Shown: in pieces, positions 38,536 to 52,034 of the stretch | Layout of the letters: every line of letters begins with the position of its first letter | How positions within the stretch are numbered: position 1 is the first letter of the stretch | Assembly (NCBI RefSeq): GCF_006345805.1 | Contig: NC_043000.1 | Location: 92,132,001-92,196,000, forward strand | From: Octopus sinensis | Lineage: Eukaryota | Direction: 5' to 3' | Length of the DNA stretch: 64,000 bases | Notes under the pieces: generated by a model | Databases searched by the model: none | Told to the model about the DNA's origin: nothing | The model's input: the letters and a program-made list of their open reading frames with translations, nothing else | Made by a program: the position numbers and the translations under genes

Positions 38536-39729
38536 CAACAACATTGGATTAAGTTTTCCCTGGATTTTTAGACAACTCTTTCTCTCTCTCTCTCTCTCTC
38601 TCCCTCTGTAGTCACAAATATTATACGTGAAATTTTAACATTTGAATATCAAGCAAAGTATTTTCAGCTTCTTATGTAATATATCTATACACATGTATGT
38701 GTGTGCATGTATACATACACATTCATACATATATAAACACATAGATACACACACACACACTCACATTCACACACACAAATACATATCGAGAGAGAGAGAG
38801 AGAGAGAGATGGAAAGAAATAAAGACTGAGGCATAAATTTTTAATATCCAGATTATATAACATTAATATGTCAATAATATATGCCAAACCCAATAAAAAC
38901 TACAAGCGTTAAAAAGAAAAAGAATACTTTTTTTAAAGATTTACCATAAACAAACAATAAAGAAATAATATAAAATTCTATAATGGAACAAAAGAAAGGC
39001 TCATGAAAAAATAAGGAGATTTTAAATGCAATAAAAATACAGTATTTAGTTTTAATAAATTATAATCATCCATCATAGTATTAGAGCATTAAATGTGTTG
39101 AATCATCATTTTCTTTTTTGCTTCAAAATACATTATGCTTGAAAAATACTTTTCCCTTCACAAAAACCTCAAAGTTATAAATTTCAATAAAATTATTATG
39201 AAAGGAGGAGCCCTTCACTGTAGTTTTTTTTTTTTTTTTTAACATCCTGCCAAGAATAACAGGGGATTCTTTTGCTAAAGTCACATCCTACTGTCTTAAA
39301 AAAAGAAAGGAAAAGGTTGAGGTGAGGGTTTTGTGAATTGAAGATATTATTTACATCTTAGACAAAAGCTGGAAGATCATGGCTTGAATGACTCTTGATG
39401 TGGTGTTTTCTCAGTGAGGGTTAACCTCAGGGAGTAAAGAACAATAAGAACAACAACAATAACAAAATATCTATAAAATAACACCTTCTTTCTCCTATTG
39501 TCTACCATCAATACCACCCATGCTATAGCAACAAAAACATAAATGAAAACAACAGCAACAACAACAGAAGCAGCAAATTAGCAAAGAATTAATATTTGCA
39601 CTGTTGGTTTGGTTTTGTGAGAGGATTTGGGAAGATGAGGGCAGTGAGTGTTGTGGGGGGGGGGGGGTTGTAAGTTTCTTTTGAATTTTATATACCTGTT
39701 TCTTTTTGTTTTTTGTAGTGTGGGGCTGT

Positions 39730-40345
39730 TTTTGTTAAATGATACCATTGCTACTACAATCACCACCACTACCACCAACACCAACAAGAACACTGGCACC
39801 ATTAACACCACCGTCACTATCAACATGATGGGCCACTATCGTCCCTAACACCACCACTAACAACAAGACCAATGCCATCAACATCGTTACCAGCACCTCT
39901 GCCGACAGTAACTACAACACCACCACCATTAACATCGACGCCAATACAAACACCACAGAACACCACCTACACCACTACCCCCACAAGCACTATTACTACC
40001 ACCATTACCATCACCAACAACAACACCAATAATACCACCATCACCAAAAAAAATAACAACTTCAACACCACCAACAATACTATCAACTGCAACACCACTA
40101 CACCAACCCTACCATCAGCAACACTATCATCAACGCCACCACCACCACAACCATCACCATCATCACCAGCACCATCTACAACAACAAGAATAACAACAAC
40201 AGCAACAAAAGTACCATTTCCATCATTACCAATGATAATACACCATCACTGCTAGCAACTCCAACACCAACATCAACACCAATGCCTCAAACATTGCAAC
40301 AATAACAGCATAGAAACAACTGCAGCAACAACAACAATAACAATA
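39730..40345. repeat. Imperfect (CAC/AAC)n low-complexity tract
   Basis: Seen directly. Confidence 0.85.
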
Positions 40346-41744
40346 AAGAGAGCTTTAATGTTGTTTGCACTATTAAAGTCGTAAGAAAGAAAATAGGGGT
40401 TTTATTTTCTGGGCAAGCAGATGGGTCATGTAACTTAGAATTTTTTACTTTACAAATTTTATTTTGCCAATTTTTTCTTTTTCTTAAATAATGACATAAT
40501 GACCACCATCCCTTCTTCTAGTATTTCTCCCCCCTCCCCCGACCCTATCTTGCAGATCGTTTTCTTTACATACGGGTGGGGGGTTGGTGATGGGGGACGA
40601 AAGGGAGAGGATCAAGAGGAGATAAACCAAACAAGCAAGTTGATTCTGTGTGTTGTGACTTTTGAAAAGGGTGGTGGTGATTTCAGTAGAGTGGGAGAAT
40701 GAGGGTGGGTCAGAGAATGTGGCGTATTTCTCAGCATGAAGTAACACCATTCCTTGCTCCTTTACCACCGTTAACCTACCCGCCACCCCGAATGCAGTGC
40801 CACCTTCTCCCTTCATTTTCTGGAGATAAAAATTTGAGAATTGTCAGGTAGAATCTCCTTGATTTCTTGGGTAATTTTTTTTTTTTAGAAAGACGTCTGG
40901 AAAAATACAAAAGAAAACTCCACCACCACACTCCTACCCCCTCTCATTCCACACTACAACCACCACTACTACTACTACTACTGCAGCCTGCACCTCCGCC
41001 ACCTCTGAAAGCTATGTCAATGACATGAAATAAAATGAAAGCAAACATCAACAACAAAAGTAAAGGTATAGTTGTTGTTGTTGTTGTTGTGAGGTCAGAA
41101 TGAACATGGAGTGGTGGTAGGTCAGTAGCTTTAGTCTTGGAGTTTTTTGTATTCTTGTTGTTTTAATGCCATTTTGGTTGATGTTTTAGCTTCAGGTCAA
41201 CTCTTATCATACAGACCTTATGATCAAAGGCATTCCAAACATGACAATCCCAACCACTTTTTCTGTTTTGATTTTTCTTCTTTATTTTTTTTCAGCCAGA
41301 ATGTCTCAAGGCTTACATTATTTAATGCCTCATTCCATTCTTTTTTCAAGAGTGTAAAGTTTAATGAGAGGGGAAATTTGGCTGCTATTTCTAGCACGGT
41401 GATTGACCTCTCCCTTTCCCAGAAAGGCTGGTTAATGATAACACTGATGCACGAGTTATGGTGATATCGTCGGCTTTTTGGATTGTGATGGTGTTGGCAG
41501 GAAAGGTCATTGTGTTAATGTAGTTAGTGGTAGTTACCATGACTGGAAGTGAAGGCGTTGACTTTGTGGTTAGGGTATTCCACTCAAGATCATGTGATGA
41601 TGAGTTCGATTCCCATTTGTGTTATTGTGTCCTTGAGCAAGACACTTTATTTCACACTGTCACACTCTGTGTTACACTGAATCTCCTTGAGAACTACATT
41701 TTAACATATATATATATATGTATGTATGTATGCATGCATGTATG

Positions 41745-41951
41745 TATACTCTTTTACACTTTACTCTTTTACTTGATTCAGTAACTGCGGCCATGCTGGA
41801 GCACCACCTTTAATCGAGCAAATCAACCCCTGGACTTATTCTTTGTAAGCTTAGTACTTATTCTATTGGTCTTTTAAGCTAAGTTGCAGGGATGTAAACA
41901 CACAACCATCGGTTGTCAAGTGATGTTGGGGGGACAAACACAGATGCACAA

Positions 41952-42008
<57 letters not shown>

Positions 42009-42210
42009 TACGACAGGCTTCTTTCAGTTTCCATCTACCAAATCTACTCACAAGGTTTTGGTTGGCCCGAGGGTTTGATCAGCCCAAGGCTTTGGTCGGC
42101 CCGAGGCTATAGTAGAAGACACTTTCCCAAGGTGCCGCACTGTGGGAATGAACCTGGAACCATGTTGTTGGTAAGCAAGCTACTTACCACACAGCTATTC
42201 CTGCACCTAT
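41745..42210 (-). mobile_element. SINE family A with a short internal duplication near 42050-42105
   Basis: Full-length match; the AAGG(C/T)TTTGGT(C/T)GGCCCGAGG motif occurs twice. Confidence 0.85.
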
Positions 42211-44486
42211 ATGTATATATATGTATATGTATACATATATATAGATAGACAGATAGATAGATAGATAGATTGACATATGAATAGATAGATAGAAATATAA
42301 ATAGATAGATAGATGTTTTGGGTCATTGATTGATAAGGAAAACTCAGCTGTGAATATTCTGTGTAGCATGTCTTCGTCTAAATTTTCTGTAAAGTTTTCT
42401 TCTAGTTTCCCATTTGCTCTGCTTTCATCTAGCATTTTCTCTTTGTATTCTTTCTGTTCAACACTTGATACATACATACAGATACATATACAAATCTATG
42501 TGTGTGTCCATATAGGAGAGAGAGTGTGTGTATGTGAGAGAGAGAGAGGTGGGGGAGTTGTGTGTGTGTGTGAATGTGGGTATGTAAATTTTCTTGATGA
42601 CACTTGATGGTTGTAAATGAGCAAATTATATTTTTTGTTTGTTTCCAGACACTTGCCCATGGTGGAACCATGTGGTTGGTAAGCAAGCTACTTACCATAC
42701 AGCCACTCCTACGCCTGTATATTTTAAGTGCAAATGTATATTTGTGTGTGTGTCTGTGTGTGCACATGTGCATGTGTGCATGTATGTGTGAATATTATTC
42801 TTTTGATACAAATGCTGGTTGTAAATGAGCAAGTAATATTCTTTGTTTCCAATCTTTGATAAAAAACATGTTTAGTTATAGAGAAATGTAACATTTTTAG
42901 GGAAGAGCTTAGGCATGGTGAAAGGAAGGGCATCTGTCCATAGAAAACCTGCCTCCACTAATTCTGTCTGATCTATGCAAGAAAGAAAAAGTGGATGTTA
43001 AATGATGATGATGATGATGATTATAAAGCTGTGTTTCTGTAAAATTATTTTAAAATTTGTTTTATTGCCTCCAAGCCACACAAATTTTGAGGAAAGAGTT
43101 ATAGCTGATGAAATGGATTCAATGCTTGGCTGGTAGTAGTTTTGTAATTTTTTTTGTATTTTTTTTAACCTTTCAAGGAGGTGAAGGCAAATTTGACTGT
43201 AATGGTATTTGAACTCAGAACATAAAGTGTTGTAATTAAAGGACAGCAAGGACTGAAACTCAGCTGATTCTTTCACTTTTACTGACTATATTTATGGGGT
43301 ATTTAATATAGGAGAGGTGTAATCAATATAAGGAAAAGAGATGAGGGAAATGGAGAAGATGGCGGTGGAAGAGGATGACAAGGAAGAAAGAAAGAAAGGA
43401 GAATAAATGAAAAGCTAAAATAAAGATAAAACAATTGGAAAGTTAGACATAGAACATACAATTAGATATACATCTATATAAACATCTACAATTAGACATA
43501 TATATATATATATATATACATATGTAAGAATGTATGTATGTATGTATTATGTATGTATGTACATATATGTATGCATTAATGTACATATATGTGTATATAA
43601 ATGTATGTATATATGTAAATATGTATATGTATATATATTTATAATTAGATATATATATCACTGTATATATCTACAATTAAATTTTTTCTATTAGATAATG
43701 TAGACAAATATTAGTCTTTGTTATAAATTAAGTTTACTATTACCAAACATTGTCAAAGAAAACATTTTAATTTCAATGTTTTTAACAAAAGTTGTCAGAG
43801 TTTATTTTTCCTTTTTATATTTATTCAATTTTATTTATTTTCTTTGGGTAAGATCTATTAAATTGAAGTATTGATACTTCAGTATAATTTTTCAAAGTAT
43901 TAAACTTCGTCTTTAGAGACAGAAACCCCCATACCTACTAAAATCGTTTAGATATTAAAAATCCTTTTCACTACATTTTGAGTTGCTTGATCTCTGATAG
44001 TCACCAGAAGGGTTTCCAAGAGAAAACTGGAAAAGAGAAAAAAACTGCTATTCTGCTATTCATGACTTCTGGGATAGTGATTGGGGGTCTTATCTTTCAA
44101 AAATGTTGAGCTTTTGTTTTATTTTTAAGAAAAGAGGCCAACAGATAGTCATGGGCCCAACATTAGCTCTCCTGCCCTCTCAGACCAAAGTATTGACTAA
44201 ACACTCCTCTCATTGTAGATTCCTTTAAAAAAAATTAAAAGAGGTTGCTAATGCCAATTAGCTACCTTGCCACCCAATTCCAAACTCTGGCCCTTGTGAT
44301 TTTCTCAATGGGTTTTTTTTCTGTCACTACTACTAGAGATGCCATTTAATTACTTGTCACTCCTTTTGAGGCAGATTTTCTACAGCCACATACCCATATA
44401 TATATATATATACATTTGTATACATACATAAACACACACATACACATGCACATACATGCAACAACAGCAACTAAAACACAGCAACC

Positions 44487-44910
44487 AATATTATACTGAA
44501 TGGAGAAAGACTTCACAAAGTGAATACCTTCAATTACCTAGAATCCTCTTTGATCAAGGATAGCAAATCTCAAAAAGAGATGAGACTCATTTTAGCCTCC
44601 ACTGCCATGAGGAAGCTGAGTACTATATGGAAATGCAATTCCATTAGCTTTCCAACAAGATTCAAAGTGTACAAGTCTCTGGTGACTTCGATCCTTCTGT
44701 ATGGGTGTGAGAACTGGACTTTTACAGCTGACATGGAACAAAGAATCCAGACATTTGAACACAAGTGTTTCAGAAAGTTGCTCTACATCCTGTACACAGA
44801 GCCAAAAGTAATGGCTTTTTCAGGCAGCATGTAAAACCAAAAAACACTTGCCAGCAGGAACCTCTCCTTGTACAGATAAAAAGACAAAACTTGCCTGGTA
44901 CTGTCACATA
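44487..44910 (+). pseudogene. RTE-clade LINE ORF2 C-terminal fragment (a different family from the 47314 element)
   Basis: NIILNGERLHKVNTFNYLESS...WKCNSISFPTRFKVYKSLVTSILLYGCENWT...FEHKCFRKLL. Confidence 0.8.
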
Positions 44911-44999
44911 CACACACACACACATCATTCTTTATAGCTAACCTCATTCTTGATAACTCTCCCGCTCTGACAGAAAACAGAGGCCAGCAACATTGGCAG

Positions 45000-45190
45000 T
45001 GGATGCGCAATGGCCTAGTGGTTAGGGCAGCGGACTCGCAGTCATAAGAATGTGGTTTCGATTCCCAGACAGGGCATTGTGAGTGTTTATTGAGCAAAAA
45101 CACGTAAGCTCCATGAGGCTCCAGCAGATGAGGGGGAGGGTTAACACTGCTGTACTCTTTCACCACAACTTTCTCTCACTCTTTCTTCCC
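45000..45190 (+). mobile_element. SINE family C 5' half
   Basis: Head TGGCCTAGTGGTTAGGGCAGCGGACTCGC...TTTCGATTCCCAGAC. Confidence 0.8.
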
Positions 45191-46812
45191 ACTTCTGCCA
45201 CAAAGCAGAGAAACCATGGTGTAACCCACTATGGTGAGGTAATCTTTCAGAGCCTAGTCTAGATTGCGAATCCTCTGTACCCCAGGATGGTTCAGCTCTC
45301 CACCCGTTAAAAGCCACCGTTTACGGAATGAGGATAACAACATAGCTTTCGCACCCGTGCAACTGCCTGTCAATCGCGTGCGGTGGGTGGATCTTCAAGT
45401 TGCCACAGGCATTCTTAGTAGCTTAGAGTAGGCTCGAATTAAAGATTATTCTTTGTGGCTAATGGCGTGAGTCCTGATTGGAAGAAGAAGAAGAAGAGAC
45501 AATGGCTGACTGCAAAATCCATCTAGAGTTGAGCCCAGTAACTGGTTGCACCAGTTATGGGGGTCGTGATGATGATGTATGTGTATTTTGTGTTTGTTTA
45601 CATTTGTGCTTCACTGAAAATCCTTAAGCTTCCGGCAGTTAACTGTAGTTGTTTCCCGAATCAACACATTATCCTCTGGCTTTGCTTGCTTCGAGGACAT
45701 GTAGAATAAGATATCTCCTACTAGTAACAAGGAAAGAAGGGTTAGCAACATGAAGAACATCCAGCTGTAAAACAATGCCTACTAGCATGATTTAAATACA
45801 TTTATTCAAATCATGCTAGCATGACAAAAATGATTGGAATATGAACAAACAAATGAATGAATGAATGCTACAATTTGAATTTCTTTGTTACAAGTCTGAA
45901 GTTCTATGATAGCTTATGTAAAAAAAAAATTTTTTAAACTATATAATTTATTGCCTTCTAGCAGACTCATCTAATTCTTTGTCTTTTTTATACTTTACTT
46001 TTTTTTTTGCATTTTTATCTTGCTTTTTGCTTCCTTTCTTCTACTTAATGGTAAAGATTTTGGTTTGTCTGGTTTCCTTTTGGCTCCTAATATTCTTTGA
46101 ATAATTCCCTTAATTCAGCTGCTGATTAAGTAGACCAACAAGACACAGTCAACTATTTGACCATCAATGGCCCCCACAGAGCTGAAGGTTTGACCTACCA
46201 GTAGACTATGTCTAACAGACTGCCGCCATGTCTTTGCACCATATCACAGACACAACAGGAGTATGTTCTAATAACCACCACTACACATTTCAACATTCAA
46301 TGCACAGCCACAAAATCCAAGACCTCATTCATCTCCTAACACTTTCCTTTCATTTATCTTTTCATCCATTTAACAGTATACCTACTTTTCTTTTCTTCCT
46401 TCTTTCTTTTTCATTTTATTTATTTTCTTTATTTTGAAATTTATGGCTTTCTTTTTCTTTTTTTTTCTTATTTACATTTTTCAAGGGTGAGAGGAATGAG
46501 TATAAAGTGAAGACATGAAAATAAAATAAAAAAGAAAGAATTAAGAAAACAATAAAATCAACAACTAAAACAACATCAACAACAATAATATCAATGATAA
46601 TAATACCATTTATTTATTTCCTACGAACATACACACCAGTATACATACACCACACATACACACACATATACATTCACGTACATATATACATCCATTTTTT
46701 ATATGTATGATATATAGATAGCTCATCCATAATATAGGAACATAAAATTTACATAGTCACACATAAACATATACATCCATATATACATACATATATACAT
46801 ATTAACTTATAC

Positions 46813-46874
<62 letters not shown>

Positions 46875-46941
46875 GTATGTATACATATGTGTATATATAT
46901 ATATATCTACATACATATATGTATACATACATATGTGTATA

Positions 46942-46984
<43 letters not shown>

Positions 46985-47313
46985 GTATGTGTATGTGTAT
47001 ATACATATGTACGTGCAGACAAATCTTGGCCTTGTTAGCTTTTATATATTTGCCCGAGTATAAAGATGTGAATGTGTGGATGATATAGACAGTAAGACAG
47101 ACAGGTTATAGATAATGTCAGAGAGTTAGACAGATACATGGGTAGTGACACGGTTAGAGAGAGTGAAAGAACAAGAGAGAGAGAGAGATAGGATGACTGA
47201 CAAAGAGAGATAAGCAATCAGAAAAAAATCATGATAGATATCACAGTCAGCTAAGTTCATGCTCATACACCACCCCATGATATGAATGTTTGCTATGCAC
47301 ACACACACACACA

Positions 47314-49930
47314 CATCATCATCATCGTTTAACGTCCGTTCTCCATGCTAGCATGGGTTGGACGGTTCGACCGGGGTTCTGGGAAGCCAGAAGGCTGCAC
47401 CAGGCTCCAGTCTAATCTGGCAATGTTTCTACAGCTGGATGCCCTTCCTAACGCCAACCACTCCGTGAGTGTAGTGGGTGCTTTTTACGTGCCACCTGCA
47501 CAGGTGCCAGGCAGGGCTGGCAACGGCCACAGTCAGATTGGTGTATTTTATGTGCCACCGGCACGGAAGCCAGTCGAGGCGGTGCTGGCATCGGCCACGA
47601 GTCGGATAGTGCTTTTTACGTACCACCAGACCAGGGATCCTGGCTGGTTCAATTCGATTTCGATTTCGATTTCGCTTGCCCCAACATGTCTTCACAAGCA
47701 AAGGGGGTTGGCATGGGTGCCTGTCGTACGGTCGCATTGGAGTATTTTACGTGCCACGGCCGCAAGTCGGATAGTGCTTTTTACGTACCACCAGACCAGG
47801 GATCCTGGCTGGTTCAATTCGATTTCGATTTCGCTTGCCCCAACATGTCTTCACAAGCAAAGGGGGGTTGGCATGGGTGCTTGTCGTACGGTCGCATTGG
47901 AGTATTTTACGTGCCACGGCCACGAGTCGGATAGTGCTTTTTACGTACCACCAGGCCAGGGATCCTGGCTGGTTCAATTCGGTTTCGATTTCGATTGCCC
48001 CAACATGTCTTCGCAAGCATGGGGGGTTGGCATGGGTGTCTGTCGTCGGGTGAGGTTCTATATCGACTTCGCTTGCCTCAACCGGTCTTTGCGTCAAGGG
48101 AGGAAAGGCATTCATAAGTGGGCTGGGCTCACTTGTCCTGCCTGGTCTTCTCACGTACAGAATATTTCCAAAGGTCTCGGTCGCTGGTCATTTCCTCAGT
48201 GAGGCCTAAAGTTCGAAGGTCGTGCTTCACCACCTCGTCCCAGGTTTTCCTGGGTCTACCTCTTCCACGGGTTCCCTCAACTGCTAGGTATTGGCACTTT
48301 CTCACACACCCATCTTCATCCATTCTCGCCACATGACCATACCAGCGCAATCGTCTCTCTTGCACACCACAACTGATGCTTCTTAGGTACAACATTTCTC
48401 TCAAGGTGCTAACGCTCTGTCGAGTATGTACACTGACATTACACATCCATCGGAGCATACTGGCTTCATTCCTCACGAGCTTACGCATGTCCTCAGCAGT
48501 CACGGCCCATGTTTCGCTGCCATGTAGCATGGCTGTTCGTACACACGCATCATACAGTCTGCCTTCTACTCTGAGCGAGAGGCCTTTAGTCACCAGCAGA
48601 GGTAAGAGCTCCCTAAACTTTGCCCAGGCTATTCTTATTCTAGCAGTTACACTTTCAGCGCACCCACCCCCACTACTGACTTGGTCACCTAGATAACGGA
48701 AGCTATCAACTACTTCTAGTTTTCCTCCTGGAAAGTGACGGAAGTTGTTTTCTGCAGATTTTCGGAGGTTAATGCTCCCGAGCATCTGCCACATACAAAA
48801 ACTATCTTCCCAGTTAGCCTACCTTTGACATTGCTGCACCTCTTATGTGTCCATAGCTTACAGTGGGTACATCTTATAGAGTTTCTACCTACACCTTTTC
48901 TACAGATCGAGCAGGGCCATCTTCCTGAAGATATTGTGGATTGTCTACCTTTCTACTTATTAGTACTTTGGTTTTAGCTAGGTTGACTCTAAGGCCCCTT
49001 GATTCTAAACCCTCCTTCCACACCTGGAACTTCTCCTCCAGTTCTGATAGTGACTCAGCAATAAGAGCAAGGTCGTCAGCGTAGAGGAGCTCCCAGGGAC
49101 AGCCTGTCTTGAATTCCTCCGTAATTGCCTGGAGTACTATGATAAATAGGAGGGGGCTGAGTACTGAACCCTGGTGGACCCCAACCTCTACTTTGAATTC
49201 TTCTGTGTACATGTTGCCAACCCTAACCTTACTTACGGCATCTCTGTACATGGCTTGCACAGTCCTCACCAGCCATTCATCTATCCCTAGTTTCCTCATT
49301 GACCACCAGATACGGGATCGGGGGACCCTATCAAAAGCTTTCTCCATGTCAACGAAAGCCAGGTACAGGGGCTTATCTTTGGCTAGGTATTTCTCCTGCA
49401 GCTGCCTTACCAGGAATATAGCATCAGTGGTACTTTTCCCTGGCATGAACCCAAACTGCATCTCATCTAAACTAACTCTCTCTCTAATTAGTTGGGCTAT
49501 GACCCTCTCCGTAACCTTCATTACTTGATCCAACAGCTTGATACCTCTGTAATTATTTGTATCTAGGGCATCACCTTTACTTTGTAGCAGTTGACTAGTA
49601 TGCTGCTGCACCAGTCATTGGGTATGACTCCTTCGTGTATCACCTGGTTGACTATACGGGTGACTAGGTTATAGCCGACACTGCCAGATATTTTGAGCAT
49701 CTCTGCAGTAATTCCTGATGGGCCTGGGGCTTTCCCTGTCTTCATGCTTCTAATTGCCTTAGCTACCACGGAACTATCAACTCGGATAGCTGGTCCCTCT
49801 GTAGGGTCAAGATTCGGCAGACTCTCTCTATCCCATTCATTTTCCTCATTCAGCAACCTTTCATAGTGGCGTCTCCAAGCTTCTCTCTTTGCATCCTCAT
49901 TTAGCGCAAGTGAACCATCCTCACTTGCGT
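47314..49930 (-). mobile_element. Young 5'-truncated RTE-type LINE with (GAT)n tail
   Basis: RT ORF pieces 49930-48129, about 800 bp of 3' UTR, and a GATGATGAT tail at 47314-47326. The 5' end abuts an (AT)n tract. Confidence 0.93.
48129..49930 (-). pseudogene. LINE ORF2 reverse transcriptase with embedded PHD-like finger; three apparent 1-bp deletions
   Basis: KAPGPSG, NYRGIKLL, QFGF, FVDMEKAFDRV, GVHQGSVLSP, YADD, VNLAKTK, CSIC..CTHC..HKRC..CGRC, FRYLG, LRWYGHV, GRPRKTW. Frame changes at about 49580, 48930 and 48725. Confidence 0.92.
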
Positions 49931-50027
49931 TAGCATATATATATATACACATGCATAGCAAACATTCATATATATATATATACATACATATATAAATACA
50001 TATATATATATATACATACATATATAA

Positions 50028-50064
<37 letters not shown>

Positions 50065-50068
50065 CATT

Positions 50069-50104
<36 letters not shown>

Positions 50105-50365
50105 ATATATATATAACACATACATTTATATATATATATACACATGCATATATATATATATGTATATATGTATCATACATACATATGAATACAGATATAT
50201 ACACATATATGTTATATGATATATATGTATGTATATATACACATATACACAGATCTCTGTGTGTTTTTGTGTTATATAAAGAGATAGGCAAATTTATAGA
50301 TTGTTTGCAAGATAGACAGAAAGATAACTAGATGCATAAGTATACAAGACAAACTATTATACTTG

Positions 50366-50408
<43 letters not shown>

Positions 50409-50440
50409 TTATTTATATGTATTAATGTCTAAACATCAAG

Positions 50441-50474
<34 letters not shown>

Positions 50475-50843
50475 TGATATTTATATTATGAACACATAGA
50501 CATCCATGTACAGACATGTTCATACACTTTTGAATATAGATATACATATATAATTATATCTATCTATATATATATATATATATTATCCAATTGATTTCAT
50601 ACTTCCTTTTCGGCGCGTTATTAATTTGATATTAGAAGGAAAACATCAATGTCTTTGAAAACAAACAAAAACGAAAGAAAAAGAAAAATCAAGAGAAAGG
50701 AAATATGAAATAAAATAATAAAAAGAAATATTAAAAAAAATTATGCTTGTATTTTTTTGGTTTACATTTATATTTATTTTGCTTTTTGATATTCTATCAA
50801 TTTTTATTTATTTATTTTATTTTATTTATGATGTATTTATTAT

Positions 50844-50881
<38 letters not shown>

Positions 50882-51209
50882 GTTTTTTGGATAATCTTTG
50901 ATTTATAAAGAATTGTTGCCTTTTGTTTATATTATGTTGAATGTATTATTATAGTCTGCGGAGTTAATTTTTAGCCTAAAGGAGCCGGCTAAGAAAGACT
51001 GGATTGCTTTGTTAAAAAAAAAAATGGAAGTAGAGGTGGGACAGAAGGGTGGGTGGGAAGGCGAGACGGGCACAAGATCATTGTTTTTTTTTTTGGGTTT
51101 TGTTTTGGTATGGAGCTTCTTTTCTTATTCTGATTGTTTATTTTTGTGAAATTTATGTATTAATTTATTTATTTATTTATTTGCATTCTTTTGTATTCTT
51201 TATCATCTG

Positions 51210-51615
51210 ATGTTGTCCATTGATAATGCTGTCGTTGCTGTTTTCCTTCATAATGATGCTGATGGTGATGATAACGATGATGCTGATGCTGATGACGACG
51301 ACAATGATGATGATGATGATGATGACGATGATGATGATGACAATGATGTCAATGATGATGATGATGATGATGTTAGGGATGATGACGGTGACAACAACGA
51401 TGCTGACAATGACGATGATGTTGATAACGATGAGGATGATGATGATGATGATGACAATAAGGAAGATGATGATGATAATGAAGATGATGACGATGAGGAT
51501 GATAATGAAGATGATGATAATGATGATGATGATGATGACGACGATGATGGCGATGATGATGACGACGACGATGATGATGATGATGATGACAACAATGACG
51601 AAGACAGCAATGATT
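51210..51615. repeat. Imperfect (GAT/GAC)n trinucleotide tract, about 400 bp
   Basis: Seen directly. Confidence 0.92.
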
Positions 51616-52034
51616 GAAAGGCAATGACGACGTCGATCATTAGCATGGCGTCTGGATTTCAGAAAGTGCCAAACGAGCAAAAAAAAAATTTATCTCTCAT
51701 TATCGACATGTAGGTCCTTGATTAAATTGGATATAAAGCAAAACAAATATTGAAATCAAAGTGGATGAGCTGTTAAGATGCTGGCCTACTGACCTACAAA
51801 AACTGATGATATATTACATGGTTTCAAACTCTGATAAAGGCATTGTATTATGTGTATATGTGAGTGTATGTGTGCGCCTTGAGTATAAACATCCCTGTAT
51901 GCCTTGCTTTCTTTAGTAATTGATTAGATGTGCAAAAGGTTGTGAGATTAAAGGATGGTTATGCAGATGATGAGGATGCGGAGGGAGAGGCGGAGCAGGA
52001 TGATGATGATGATGATGGTGATGATGAACTACTT

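Noticed and set aside
34937-40255. Thr/Pro-rich mucin-like ORFs (34937-35347, 39872-40255; also 4181-4696)
   Set aside because: Products of (AAC/CAC/GTT)n low-complexity DNA; the 34937 tract looks like an expanded retroelement tail.
51210-51617. Poly-Asp ORF resembling acidic biomineral proteins
   Set aside because: It is an imperfect (GAT)n tract open in several frames, with no signal peptide, splice context or unique domain.
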